Assembly (NCBI GenBank): GCA_905178155.1
Contig: CAJINV010000007.1
Span: 1,124,627 to 1,188,626, forward strand
Reading direction: 5' to 3'
Length of the DNA: 64,000 bases
DNA from: Amoebophrya sp. A120
Lineage: Eukaryota; Protista; Dinoflagellata
How positions within the stretch are numbered: the first letter of the stretch is position 1; every line of letters begins with the position of its first letter. Of the stretch, positions 11,241 to 22,400 are shown one piece after another. Under the pieces are notes generated by a model. It saw only the letters and a program-made list of their open reading frames with translations. It had not been told where the DNA came from and ran no database searches. Made by a program: the position numbers and the translations under genes.

Positions 11241-14200
11241 CTACGCGAGAGCACTCGCCGCTGCGAGAACAGCGATAGCCAGCAGCCCCGACCAACCCCT
11301 CCACGATGACTGCAGCTCAGCGCCGGATGTCTCCCCTCCGCCGCCCCCGCTCAGGATCTCATCGAATGACAGCCCGGCGCTTCCTCCAGAACCCGCTGTG
11401 AAATCGACCGCAATTTCTTTGTTCTGCTCAGGCCGGTAGTACATGAAGAGTTTGACTTCCTTCTCTTGCCGATTCTGCACCACGAACTCCTCGCGCGCTT
11501 TGAGAGAAAGCGTAAACGCTCCACTTCCAGTACTACCGGTTGCTGTGCTACTGCTACTTCCGCCGCTCGGCAACGAGTCGAGGTAGAGGTGCAGGAAGCC
11601 TTCGTCTGTATCCACCTCGACGCGGTCGATTTGGGTGCCGGTCGCGGTCGTGGCGGCCCCAGGTGGAGAAGACACAAGCGAAACGGAAGAAGCCAGCCTC
11701 TCCCGCTCCGCCGCATCCACCACAGTTCCGGTAAAAAGACCAATACTCAGCATCGTCATTTCGCCGGCATTCGAGTGGTAAGCTGCGGCACAATTGGGGT
11801 TTGATGTTGCTGGATCCTTCGGTGCAACGCGGAGAGCGAGGAGGTAGGACTTCGGACTTGTTTGCGACGAGGATGTGGATGATGCTGACGTGGTTGAGGC
11901 TTGATTGTTTGCTGTTGCTGCGATTTCGATTTCACTTTTGTCCTCATTGAACCACTTCGCGACGAAATCCAGACAATCGTCGAGTAGAGAAGAATTGTTA
12001 GTCGGTGAGTTCTTGTTGCTGTCACGCACGTTGAATTCTTGAAGGACAGACACAACCGCTGTTCTTTCGCTGACGGCCGCACTTTGAGAAGCCGCGACGA
12101 CGACGGACTCTGAGGAGTTGTGCGCTGGTTGCTGTTGTGGTTGTTCCAGGCTTTCATCAACCAGAGTTTCGTTGTAAATCTCAATCGTGTGGTAGAGCTC
12201 GGGGTCAGTCATGTCGTAGTGGAACAAAGCTGATGATGTTGATGCTGATGCAGCCGTGCTTGTGGACGAGGAGGTGCCAGCTGCGGTAATATTATGTGTC
12301 ACGTCAAACACCATGCTGCCGCCGCCGTCGCTAGTGCTTCCAGAAACAGCCATCTCGAGGAGCTGAAATTCAGCGATCGCCTCCAACGCCACAACCGTGT
12401 CTTGCGTCGACCGGAACCCCCCTGCGCTCGACCGGTGCTTTAAAAGCCACTTCACGCCAGAGTAGGCATTGTTTAGATCCCCGGCAGCCACCAGAATCAA
12501 AACCGCATACGCTGTGAGCTCTATGGAGGCAGCAGAAGGCTCGTTTGGCTTATTACGGAAATACATTGCGTTCGCACTCGCAACAGCATTCGCTGAAGAA
12601 GAGGAACCGCTCTCTGCTGGTTCCTCCCAGTACGTCAGTCCCTCGCTATCGCGTTTCGTCAACAGCAGCACCGACGATTTGGCAAGACTCCTTTCGATTT
12701 TCGTGTGTGCGGGCTGGTCGCGTAGAGCAGTTTCAGCGGCTCGAAGCAGTGCGTAGACAGCTATCACCTCGGCAGCCACTGATCTGCTCGCTTCGGCACT
12801 CAATGTTCTACTTGACCATTCAGCCTTTACCCAGGCACTTGCTTTGCGTATCGCAAGGACCAGATCTCGCATGGTGGTTTCAATCAGAGTCGTTGGTCCG
12901 GTTGCAGCGCTGAGGGAGCTGCTGCCTTCCGACGAAGCCCCCGTGGTGACGACCGACGCTCCGTACGAATAAACGCCGCCGAAGTACTCCCGATCCAGCT
13001 CCCGCCAGATAGAGCAGAGCGTCAGTAGGACGAAGGAAGTCAGACTCAGTCGCGACTCTTCAGTACTGCCCATCATGGTTCGGCTGAAGACGCGGCCGCG
13101 GCTTACGAAGTAATGCGAAGAGGCATCTTGCGCACTGAGGATGAAGTTGATCGCCGGAACGAGGTTTGGCCAGTCAATCGACACTGCTTGTTGTGCCTCA
13201 CCTCCCTCCATCAACCTGCCAACGTACCCTGCGCGCCCCACGTCTGCGAACACGCGAAGCGAAAATGCAGTCAGCCACAAGCTGCTTCCTTCAAAATTAC
13301 CCCGCCGCCCTGTTTCACCATAAGCTGAAAACCCTCCGTCAGATTTGCTTTTATAGTTTAGTTGCCGGACGTAGCCCGTCCGCATGTTGCTGAATAAACG
13401 CTGCTTCAAAGCTTTTCCTTGCACACCGCGGTTTACGATATACGCTTTTGAAGCGAGGTAGCGAAAGACGTACACATTGGGGGCGAGGGACATGAGGTTT
13501 TGTTCTCCGCAGCCGTAGGGCACGCGCACGAGGCGTTCGATGTTCGCAATCGTCTGGGATAGCAGCTCGCCGGTGATCGCAACCGTGAGACGCTTGCTGT
13601 CGGGGACTACTACACCTGCTCCCGCTGACAGGGCGCCCCCTTGTTCATCCTCGCCGTCGGAGGACCACGACAAGCCCACCGTTTGTGATTTTACGCTACC
13701 ATCCGTCGGTGTTGTGATCAACAGGTTTGTTCGTTTCAGTTTCTTGACGCCTTCCGGCTTGACGAGGAGAGAGCGCTCGATGCGGTCGACATACGCAACA
13801 CGGGACACCACGCTGGAATACGACGAAGCTGATGTCGACGCCCCGGCAGACAGCACCACAGCGCAGTATACCTCCAGCCGTACCTTGCTCGGTTTCAAAA
13901 TCGAAGTCCGCCCGGCCGCAGTGCTGACGGGAATCGGGAAAGCGGTCGCGCCGGTCTTCGAAATGATTCTCGCTTTTTTCAGTTCGTAGCTGTTCAAGGC
14001 TTCTTTGCCTGTGCCGCCACTAGTCGCGGCTGCAGGTCCAAGTGCAATCTCACCCACACTGTCATACTCGTTCAACAGGTCTTGGAACTCTAATCCTCGG
14101 CTGACAGCGATCTGCCAAGTGCACTCGAGGAGGTTCGAGTCCGGCACTGAATATTCTCCCTTCAAGTGCGCTGCGACACTTCCTCGCAGCGCTACCAGTT

Positions 14201-17200
14201 CTCCTCGCGTGATCGAATACGGCATACGCACGTCTGCAACCACAGGCTTCGCCACGATGAGTGACGGCAATACCACATCCGTTCCCAACCCAATTCCAGG
14301 GTGAATGGCATATCCTTGTAGATCCCACGTCGTCAGCGAATCCGGAACTGTCGTGCGGAGTAGCGAGGCATTCACGTAGTTCATGTTTTCCCAAAGCCAC
14401 GTTTCGGGGAAAAAGGTGCGGAGCTTACTCTGCGCGGCGACAGACGGGGCTCCACTTGCGCTTGAAGAGGTTGTGGAAGCTGAATCTCCACTCCGTGTCG
14501 AGTCGGCAGAACTGGGCGCGCCGGCGGGCGTCGCGACTGCTACCTCCACTGTTATCCCCATCCCGCCGTCACCTGCGCAATATCCCCGCGGAAGGATCGG
14601 CTCACAACTTGTGAGTGGCAGCGCGGAACCCGAGAAGGAGTCCAATTGCAAAGAGCCAATTCCGAGCTGTTCGAGGACCCGAGCCTCGTCGTAGAACTCG
14701 CGGCACATGACACTGGCCGCGCTAGAAGTACTAGTACCGGCAGTGGTCGTGCTAGTTGCCGCAGTAGTTTCCCCCGCAGATTTTGTGTGAGACACAACGA
14801 TTTTTCCGGATAACAAGTTGGAGTCGGCGGTTAAGAGTGAGACGGCGCGGTCTTGAGCGGAAAAAAAAAGCTTCGTGGCAGTGTCGTTAGAGAAAGTAGA
14901 TGATGTTGCTGTGGTCCCAACATCAGATGACACTGCAACTGCTAGGTGCGCGTTCACTCCAGGCAGAACAGATGACCCATTTAGCGGCACCAGTTCTGTA
15001 GAACTTGTCCCCTCCACCGCGTCGGCCAGCCATGAAGCACTCACACTGCCAAAACTCGTTTTATTTCCAGCAAATAATGAAGCCGATCCCTCCGCTACTT
15101 CGAAACGCACACTGTCTGCAGCCTTCGCGGATAACGCTGTCGTCGTGTTTTTCGAAGTAGGAGTAGCGCTGATCAATGTCACTACTGCGTTGAACTTACT
15201 CCCAGGGCGCGAGAAAAGATTTGCACCAGATGTTGAAGACGCATCCAGCACCAAATCCGTGATGTTGACGCTACCGACGTAGTAGGCTACGCTTTCAACG
15301 GTGCCCACTGCGCGAGTGGTAGTAGTCGTCGTGGTTGTGACCGCCGACGCGCTCGTTGCTGTGACACCATAGTAGTGCGGGTAGCTCGCTTGCGGCCTCT
15401 GATGCACAATTACAGAATCCGTGACTTGGCGCAAAGTGATGTTACAGCAGGAAACATTTTGGGCGGAAGCGAAAAGGCGGGCTGGAGACAGGTTGACGGG
15501 GTAGAGAATGTAGTTCTTGCCCGAAGCTAAAGCACCCTCTTGCTCATCCTCATTTGACAGTAGCATCACGTTCACCGACGTAACGTGAGGAAGTGTTGTT
15601 CTGAAGTGCACGACGTATGAGTCTACTGGTTCAGTCGCATTGTTCACCTCTACTGCGCTCATCAAAAGCTTTCCTGCGGTCGCGTAGTGCCCTGTCGGAG
15701 AGTACTTCCGATTCGCACAAGCCGTGTGCGAGTCCGATCGAGTTGTAGCTCCCCCCGTAGATGATGAGCCCCCTGCCGTCGTAATTTGCACGCCATCCAC
15801 TCTCACGAACGCCCTCACCGTCTGCACACAGCAACTTATCTTTACGTGATCCGAAGACCACGCGTTCAAAGGTCCGGTCGCTGCGGAATACGCGCCAAGA
15901 TCGCAGCAAGTTCGGTCTGTTTCAACAGGTATCGGAACAGTGAATAATTTGCTTTTTAAAGTCTTCAGCTTCATGTTCGACGAACTGCTCGTAGTAATTC
16001 CCACTGATGTTGAACTGCCATCTTCCAAAAACGGCCCCAGGTCCACCTCCACATACTTCGGGCGCGCGCTATAGCGCTGATGAGAAAACTCCACATGCAG
16101 CTCTACATCGGGTGAGGAGGAAGAAGTTTTTACAAACGCTGTGAGGTCCTCTACAAGCACATGGAAGGGCAGACCGGGTTGAAATTCCTTGTCGGACGTG
16201 ACCCGAACCGCCGTCGACGCGTATTTTATCTCGATACCCTCGCTGCTTCGCATCTCTCCAGACGCAATGTCCGTGCAATTCGCGGTTACCCGGATTGCGT
16301 CTAGATTTCCATTGTCATGCTCCTGTTTGAGGAGGTCGCGGAGCGTTTGCGTAGGTGAGGTCGTCGTCGCGGCATCAAGGTCCACTGTGAAGGCAAATCG
16401 AGCGGAGGGGGCTCCTGCATTACTACTCGTAGCAGGTGCGGCATTTGTAGGACCACTAGCGTCTACCTCGATGATAGTCAAAACCGAATCCGTGCAGATA
16501 GAGTAGGGTGGGGGCGACGACAGCTTCCTTCTTGGTTCTTTATGCGTATTTTGGGAAATAACGACAGACTCCAAATCTTGGCCGTCTTCTCCATCTTCTT
16601 CGGCATAATTCTCGGGTTTTAATACTTCGCTTGCAGCTGCACGGCGTCTGAACATAATCTCCGGCATGAACGGCCCACTGCTCCAGCCGTACGACCACAC
16701 CGGGCACTTTCTAACAACCTCGACGGATATTCTGTCGTCTTTGCACTTCACGTCTCCTCCATAATTGTACGATGCGGTGACAAAACCCTGGATCGCGGTG
16801 GGCGAGGAATGCTGGCTGATGATCTTAGAGTATGAAGTTCCATCATCTCCAAGTTTGAGGTCTACACTGAACGTTGGCAGCACATATTCTTCCACGTTCC
16901 AAGTAAGTTGATTCGATGTCGCAACTTCCCGCGTAGCGTTGTTCGTCGCTGAAGATGCGTTCGGTACCCACAGCAACTTCGCTTTTGCGGAGTACGTATC
17001 CTTGTTTCCACCTGCAGAAGCACCACCGATGTTTGCCGGCAGCGGAAATTGCAAGTGGTCTTCGTTGTCGAACACGCCGTAATAAAGAGAAGTGGATATT
17101 GTACCAGTTGAAGAAGACTCCACCGCGGTCGAATTCTGTGTCGTCGATGAAGAGGATATTGGTCCACCAGTTGACCGTAGCTTTGCGATCAGCAGCTCTT

Positions 17201-17864
17201 CACTTTCCGAAACCACTTTGCGCAATTGGATCTCGGCTTGCCAGGTTCCAGTTTCACCTGACCACGACGATGACATCAAGTCCAGCGGCTTCGACGTCAC
17301 TCTGTCCATGGCAACAGCACGAAACTTTACCACCCCACCCGGCTTGTAAATCGCCTTGTCTGCCTCCAGGAAAATCACTTCGCGATTCGCAACGGAGACA
17401 GGCACTTCAAGTTGTACAACTTCCGCGGCGACATTTGAGGCTGAGGAGGTCTCAGGCATCTTAGTTACGTGTCGGAAACGGAAGGAGTGCTGCGCCAACG
17501 TCGTTGTGCCAGCGGAAGGTGAGGATGACGACGGCATGAACGGCAGCAGCGTGCTGAGTGAAGGGACTTGAAGATCCACTAAGCTGTTTCCTGAGGTCGT
17601 GCCTCCTTCGGAACTTGCGCCTCCGCTTACCGCCGTGCTGTTTGCAAGAACGACTACGTCGCCGCCAGACAGCACTCCTGCTCCGCTAGCTGTGGGTCCT
17701 CGTGCCAGCAGCTGTACGAACGAAGTGCTGCCGTTTTGATCAGTTGGTACTAGAATCTGAACCGTATCACCAGGGAAAATCGACTTTGGAGGAAGAAAAG
17801 CCGCGGACGCGAAGACGCGCGAGAGGGCGAGTAGGAAAAAAGACTGATGCTTGAGTCGCATCAT
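11241..17864 (-). CDS. thioester-containing protein, alpha-2-macroglobulin/CD109-like, signal peptide and GPI-like tail (2207 aa)
   Basis: Motifs DKAIYKPG, VEEYVLPTF, RTFFPETWLW, VPDSLTTW, PYSITRGE, PYGCGEQNL (GCGEQ at 13500-13514), WLTAF, GGFRSTQDTVVALEA, MYYRPE; first ATG at 17864 precedes a hydrophobic leader; intronless. Confidence 0.93.
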   Translation of the reverse strand: MMRLKHQSFFLLALSRVFASAAFLPPKSIFPGDTVQILVPTDQNGSTSFVQLLARGPTASGAGVLSGGDVVVLANSTAVSGGASSEGGTTSGNSLVDLQVPSLSTLLPFMPSSSSPSAGTTTLAQHSFRFRHVTKMPETSSASNVAAEVVQLEVPVSVANREVIFLEADKAIYKPGGVVKFRAVAMDRVTSKPLDLMSSSWSGETGTWQAEIQLRKVVSESEELLIAKLRSTGGPISSSSTTQNSTAVESSSTGTISTSLYYGVFDNEDHLQFPLPANIGGASAGGNKDTYSAKAKLLWVPNASSATNNATREVATSNQLTWNVEEYVLPTFSVDLKLGDDGTSYSKIISQHSSPTAIQGFVTASYNYGGDVKCKDDRISVEVVRKCPVWSYGWSSGPFMPEIMFRRRAAASEVLKPENYAEEDGEDGQDLESVVISQNTHKEPRRKLSSPPPYSICTDSVLTIIEVDASGPTNAAPATSSNAGAPSARFAFTVDLDAATTTSPTQTLRDLLKQEHDNGNLDAIRVTANCTDIASGEMRSSEGIEIKYASTAVRVTSDKEFQPGLPFHVLVEDLTAFVKTSSSSPDVELHVEFSHQRYSARPKYVEVDLGPFLEDGSSTSVGITTSSSSNMKLKTLKSKLFTVPIPVETDRTCCDLGAYSAATGPLNAWSSDHVKISCCVQTVRAFVRVDGVQITTAGGSSSTGGATTRSDSHTACANRKYSPTGHYATAGKLLMSAVEVNNATEPVDSYVVHFRTTLPHVTSVNVMLLSNEDEQEGALASGKNYILYPVNLSPARLFASAQNVSCCNITLRQVTDSVIVHQRPQASYPHYYGVTATSASAVTTTTTTTTRAVGTVESVAYYVGSVNITDLVLDASSTSGANLFSRPGSKFNAVVTLISATPTSKNTTTALSAKAADSVRFEVAEGSASLFAGNKTSFGSVSASWLADAVEGTSSTELVPLNGSSVLPGVNAHLAVAVSSDVGTTATSSTFSNDTATKLFFSAQDRAVSLLTADSNLLSGKIVVSHTKSAGETTAATSTTTAGTSTSSAASVMCREFYDEARVLEQLGIGSLQLDSFSGSALPLTSCEPILPRGYCAGDGGMGITVEVAVATPAGAPSSADSTRSGDSASTTSSSASGAPSVAAQSKLRTFFPETWLWENMNYVNASLLRTTVPDSLTTWDLQGYAIHPGIGLGTDVVLPSLIVAKPVVADVRMPYSITRGELVALRGSVAAHLKGEYSVPDSNLLECTWQIAVSRGLEFQDLLNEYDSVGEIALGPAAATSGGTGKEALNSYELKKARIISKTGATAFPIPVSTAAGRTSILKPSKVRLEVYCAVVLSAGASTSASSYSSVVSRVAYVDRIERSLLVKPEGVKKLKRTNLLITTPTDGSVKSQTVGLSWSSDGEDEQGGALSAGAGVVVPDSKRLTVAITGELLSQTIANIERLVRVPYGCGEQNLMSLAPNVYVFRYLASKAYIVNRGVQGKALKQRLFSNMRTGYVRQLNYKSKSDGGFSAYGETGRRGNFEGSSLWLTAFSLRVFADVGRAGYVGRLMEGGEAQQAVSIDWPNLVPAINFILSAQDASSHYFVSRGRVFSRTMMGSTEESRLSLTSFVLLTLCSIWRELDREYFGGVYSYGASVVTTGASSEGSSSLSAATGPTTLIETTMRDLVLAIRKASAWVKAEWSSRTLSAEASRSVAAEVIAVYALLRAAETALRDQPAHTKIERSLAKSSVLLLTKRDSEGLTYWEEPAESGSSSSANAVASANAMYFRNKPNEPSAASIELTAYAVLILVAAGDLNNAYSGVKWLLKHRSSAGGFRSTQDTVVALEAIAEFQLLEMAVSGSTSDGGGSMVFDVTHNITAAGTSSSTSTAASASTSSALFHYDMTDPELYHTIEIYNETLVDESLEQPQQQPAHNSSESVVVAASQSAAVSERTAVVSVLQEFNVRDSNKNSPTNNSSLLDDCLDFVAKWFNEDKSEIEIAATANNQASTTSASSTSSSQTSPKSYLLALRVAPKDPATSNPNCAAAYHSNAGEMTMLSIGLFTGTVVDAAERERLASSVSLVSSPPGAATTATGTQIDRVEVDTDEGFLHLYLDSLPSGGSSSSTATGSTGSGAFTLSLKAREEFVVQNRQEKEVKLFMYYRPEQNKEIAVDFTAGSGGSAGLSFDEILSGGGGGETSGAELQSSWRGWSGLLAIAVLAAASALA

Positions 17865-18104
17865 TCTAGAGTGAAACTGGTTCAGAAATTGCAGCGAAAT
17901 ATTGCGTCCTGAGATATCGATATGCACGGTAGATCTGATATATAATGGGTAGTACGGGGCCTGGTGCTGCGGAGAATGGCACGATGCCGCGAAGTGAGAT
18001 ACTAGCGCAAGTAAAGACGAAGCCGATAGACATCCGACATTGTTCCACTCGTCTGCCGGGGCAAGTAGATGAGTTTTGAGTACATTTGTGAGTTTTGACC
18101 TGCA

Positions 18105-18648
18105 AGTTACTGTTTCAAAGGTTCTTCACATATATTTTCTCTGCCCATGTTGGAGCTCGGAAGATCGCGATCATGTTCATGGAGGGGTAAAAATGGAAGT
18201 ACAACCGAGACCGACGGACGTTAGTATGTACTGTGTATTACAATGCCTGCTTAAAAGCGAAGTAACGACGCCGACGTAAAGGAGCTCTTCTGAGAAGGGC
18301 GATGAGAGAAGGTCAACGACAAACTAAAACTTCTGATTAATACACTTTATTCCACCACACTTTCAAACAACACCACTGGATTACAATATCGACGTATTCT
18401 CAAGAACCTAAGTCAGCACTATCGACGACGACGATGGATATGGATATACTGATAATTTCGGTGCTAGAAGTTGAAGTTGTATTGTTACTAGCGAGCCAGA
18501 ATGAATCGATGTGGACAAAATGACGATTCATCTGTACTTCACAGCGAATCGAAACACGCAGTGGGTCTGACAATGCTGAACGAACAGGCTCGTCCGCTGA
18601 AAACAAAGTAAGTAACATTTGTACGATAGTTATTCTTTTTTTCCATGC
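18105..18648. repeat. direct repeat copy B (~545 bp), upstream of TEP gene
   Basis: diverged colinear copy of 10600-11178 with several indels. Confidence 0.92.
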
Positions 18649-19456
18649 AGAAGAAGATTCCGAGCCTTAGCACTGCATAGTACTGTTCACGAAGCAGTAG
18701 ATGAATCGAAGCGAGTCTTTGGTCGTGTGATGAAGTTGCCCTCAAGAGTAAGTATTTTACAATTCATAAAAAAAGATACATTTTGAATTCACTGATTGTA
18801 CAGCCAGTGCTACCACATCTGAATCATACAAAATCTAGTGGGTCTACAAATAAAAGTTCAGCTATCGTATATTCAACGAGAGTACGAATTTTTCGAACGG
18901 AGTCTAGCCGCGGTCATTGCTCATGCAACATGATGAGGGCGACTGATTTTAGCTGAATCTTACATGAAGAAGTCTTTTGATGTCCTTTTCATTTTACAGT
19001 TGTTGAGCTGTTTTCCATCAGAAAACAAAGTACTTTAATATCGTCACGCATGTCAACATCGCAACGGGGCCGCTACTTCTAAAGGTTCATACTGTTATAT
19101 ATTTCATGACGCTTGATTGTTACCCTAGCCGTTTTCAAAAAGCTGCAACGGTGAAGGCCATCAATGTCGCCCATTTAGTACAAGTAACGGTTTATGCCTA
19201 TCATACATAGTTTGCGATTTTTTGGCTTTCACAGAAGAGTATGGGCTGCTTTTGGCAGAAAGGGAACGAATGCATCCGCGTCCAGGACTACTTACAAGAG
19301 TAGTACTAGTAGAAGTGGAATACGTTTACGTTCGAAAAAAGAAGGCAATTTGGTCTGTCAAGAGTCTGGTGCGTCTGCGTTTTACAAAAGTAAGTTCTTG
19401 GAATGGAGGTAATGCAGCTTGCAGCTTTCATCAGATGAACGATTACAATAGGTCCA

Positions 19457-22400
19457 CTACCTAACCTCCAGCTGCTTCACGACAGTTTTTCCGTTTTCCT
19501 CTTTGCTGCCGCTCCGTTTATCAAACCACAAGGGACGGCGTAACAACGATCCCACCGCACGAAAAATGCCAGATGTTGCCTCTGGAATCGCCTCCATCTT
19601 TTCCACGGGCCCGCCGCCAAACTTGTTCGGAAACTCTCTGGGCTCGAATTCGTAGTCTGCAACGAATTTCTCGCCACTTTCCTGCTCCAACTTCGACCGC
19701 TTTTCCTGCTCTGCCTTCTGGCGCTTTTCCTCTTCGTCCGGCGTAACTGCAGCGAAGCTGTCTTCCCGGCGGTACCACCAAGGCAAATCTCCTGCGCCGG
19801 AGAGGCCAATGCTGTACGTTATTCGTTCGTGCGGGATGTGCATCTGGTACGACTTCCATTCCTTTGACAAATTTTCGCCCGCTGCTTCTGCATCTGGGTC
19901 TTGTAACAAGTGCGTGTTGCCCAGAAAGTAGTCATCGGCCCGGTTTCGGAGTCCCGCGAAGCTTGGTCGTTCCGCGTCTTTTTCACAAGAGAAGTCTTCC
20001 AGTAAACGCTCCAAAGCATCCAGCTCGTTCGTGCCGCGGTTTCGCTTTTCGGTTTGCCAGTTGTTTTTGGAAAGAGAAGGAGCAGGATCTACAACGGCCG
20101 CGGGAGAAGCGACGTGGTAAATAGTAGGCTCAGTCGTAGATGATGCTCCTGTCGAAGGGAAATGCACAGAACCTGTTGTAGCTGGCTGCGGCCGTTCACG
20201 ATACTTCTTACGCGCGAAGACCAGAAGGTCTGGGAGCGTTGTTCCTGGTCCTTTGGGGAGAAGAGATCTGCAGATATCCGCTTGCGGATCGGAAGCAGAA
20301 GGAGAAGCCAAGTCGACAGCGTCTTTCTCGACAGGAGTTGGTACAGTTTGTTCGTGTTCCGTTTGCATCATAAGTTTGTCACCTTCTAGTGCTCCCGTGG
20401 TGTCCTCCTTTGGACCACTTCGTTCAGCCGCAGCATGTTCTGTACTGGTAGCCGCGCCAGCAACAGAAGAACTCGATGACAGTCTTTCCAAGACCTGTTG
20501 TGCATGCCTCCGCTCGTCCGCATCCGGAAATTTTCCGGAATGGTTTTCGGCCACATCCTGCCAATTGACAAGCGACACTGCATCCGTTTCGGCGAAATCC
20601 TTCAGCAGTCTTATCCGCAGCTTCAACGTCCTCAGAAAAATCGTCTCCCAGAGGTGTTTCCGCGCGTTTTGCTTCACGGGGTTCCTTTTGCCGGTTGCAT
20701 TTCCACCACCAGCAGTCGTTGCGCTGGCGCTAAACGGCGGGTCTTCCGGTTCCGCCTTACCAGGAGCCTTTCCCGTTTGCACTCGACCGCTAGGACCGAA
20801 GATAAGATTCGGTGCTGTGTAGTTCGATGCAGTCTTTTTTATCGCACCACTGTCCTCTTCATCAGTCATCGTTGTGTCCATCGGTTGTAGTACGGGATTT
20901 TTGTGCAGCTCTACGTCCTTTATTGCTGCGGCTGCTTCATCGTCGTGTTCCTGTTCTAGTACTTGACCGACGATAGAAGAAGTGGAACTAGACTCACTAC
21001 TACTTCCCGCCCCCGCGTCATTTATTTCATCAAAAGTTCTACGCTTTTTCCGAGCCGGCTCTTCCTCGCCCGCTCCTTCGTCTACTTCTGAACCGTCCTG
21101 TGCTTGTACTTTTCTCTGCTCCACTTTTTTATCAGCAGCTCCCTGTTGTTGTTTCTCATCCACCTCCGCATCGTTCCACTCAAAATCCTTCCAAAATCCC
21201 AACTCGAGACAGGTGGTCACAAAATCCCTACACGGCTCCAGCACCCCTTCCCGATCGACTGATTTCTCGCACATCTTCCAAAAACGGCCCGGCTGCAAGT
21301 AGACTTGGCAGACTCTTGCACCTAATGGGTTAAGAAGTTTCAATCCCTCTTCAATTCTCCGCTTTTCCGTCTCAATTGATTTTTTCTTCGCCTCGAGCTG
21401 GACCAAAAGCCGCTCCTGCGCGTCAATCCGGGAGGAATAAAAAACTGCTCCGGAAGAAGTAGAAGTTCCAGTTCCTCCTTCTTCGTGTAGTTTTGGTGTC
21501 GAATAACGCCTCGCAGGAGCAGGCGGGACCCCGAGCACTTGTCGCGGACCAACCTGCGCCGGCAAAAGCTCGGCGTTCGGCAGCAGCCCAGAAAAAACAG
21601 CACCCATCTTCTGTAGTTCCAGAATAGTAATATCAGGCAACGACGACCACGTGGAGAACCTCTTGCGCTTGTTGTTCTGTGGTGGGCCGCTTCTTGATTG
21701 TTCGGGATTTGGTTCATCACAAGAACCTGGGTTCCTTTGTACCCCGCTTGAAGATGGCGCACCTCCTCGTCGTCCCTCGACGGCAAAACTTTCCCGTGAA
21801 GCAGGAGCAGTTCCTCCGCTGCTCCCTCCAATAACCGTATCCACAAACCTGCGCTTGCAAGAGTTCAGGGCGAGCCGCTTCTTCATTTTTCTTTCCGCGC
21901 GCATCTGCTCTATTTTCAAGTTCCGTAAATCTTCCTGCGCCCTCGCAAGCTGCTTGTCGGTTTCGGGGATGCGGGATAAGGTCAAAGTTCTCAACGTTTC
22001 CTTTTCATTTTTCCAAAACATCCGATCGAAACCATCCAGAACTGCTTGCACGATCTTTTTCTTCGTCAGACCCGAAAAAGCAGAGGTGTTTTCATCCTGG
22101 TAGTTCCCTACTGTACTAGCGCGTGGTGTAGTTCTTGTGCTCCCATTTTCATCGGAAGTTGTAGAGGGAGGCGATATAGTCGGGGAAATAAACTGTGCCT
22201 GTGGAACTGGAAGAAATTGGTCCGCATAATTTTTCACCAGTGTGTCCAACTGCACAGCGCGGGCTTTATTTCGCGCTGCAAAGGCATCGCCTTCCTTCTG
22301 TTGGGGAGGCGGATATTGCAAGAGCTCTACTGCTTCACCCTGTAACTGCAAAGGAGAAGAGTCCAGAACCAAATAGGGCAGCTCATCACTTTGTTCCTGA

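Noticed and set aside
10600-18648. Bona fide LTR retrotransposon
   Set aside because: No gag/pol, no clear TG...CA ends, PBS or TSD; kept only as a direct-repeat-flanked gene
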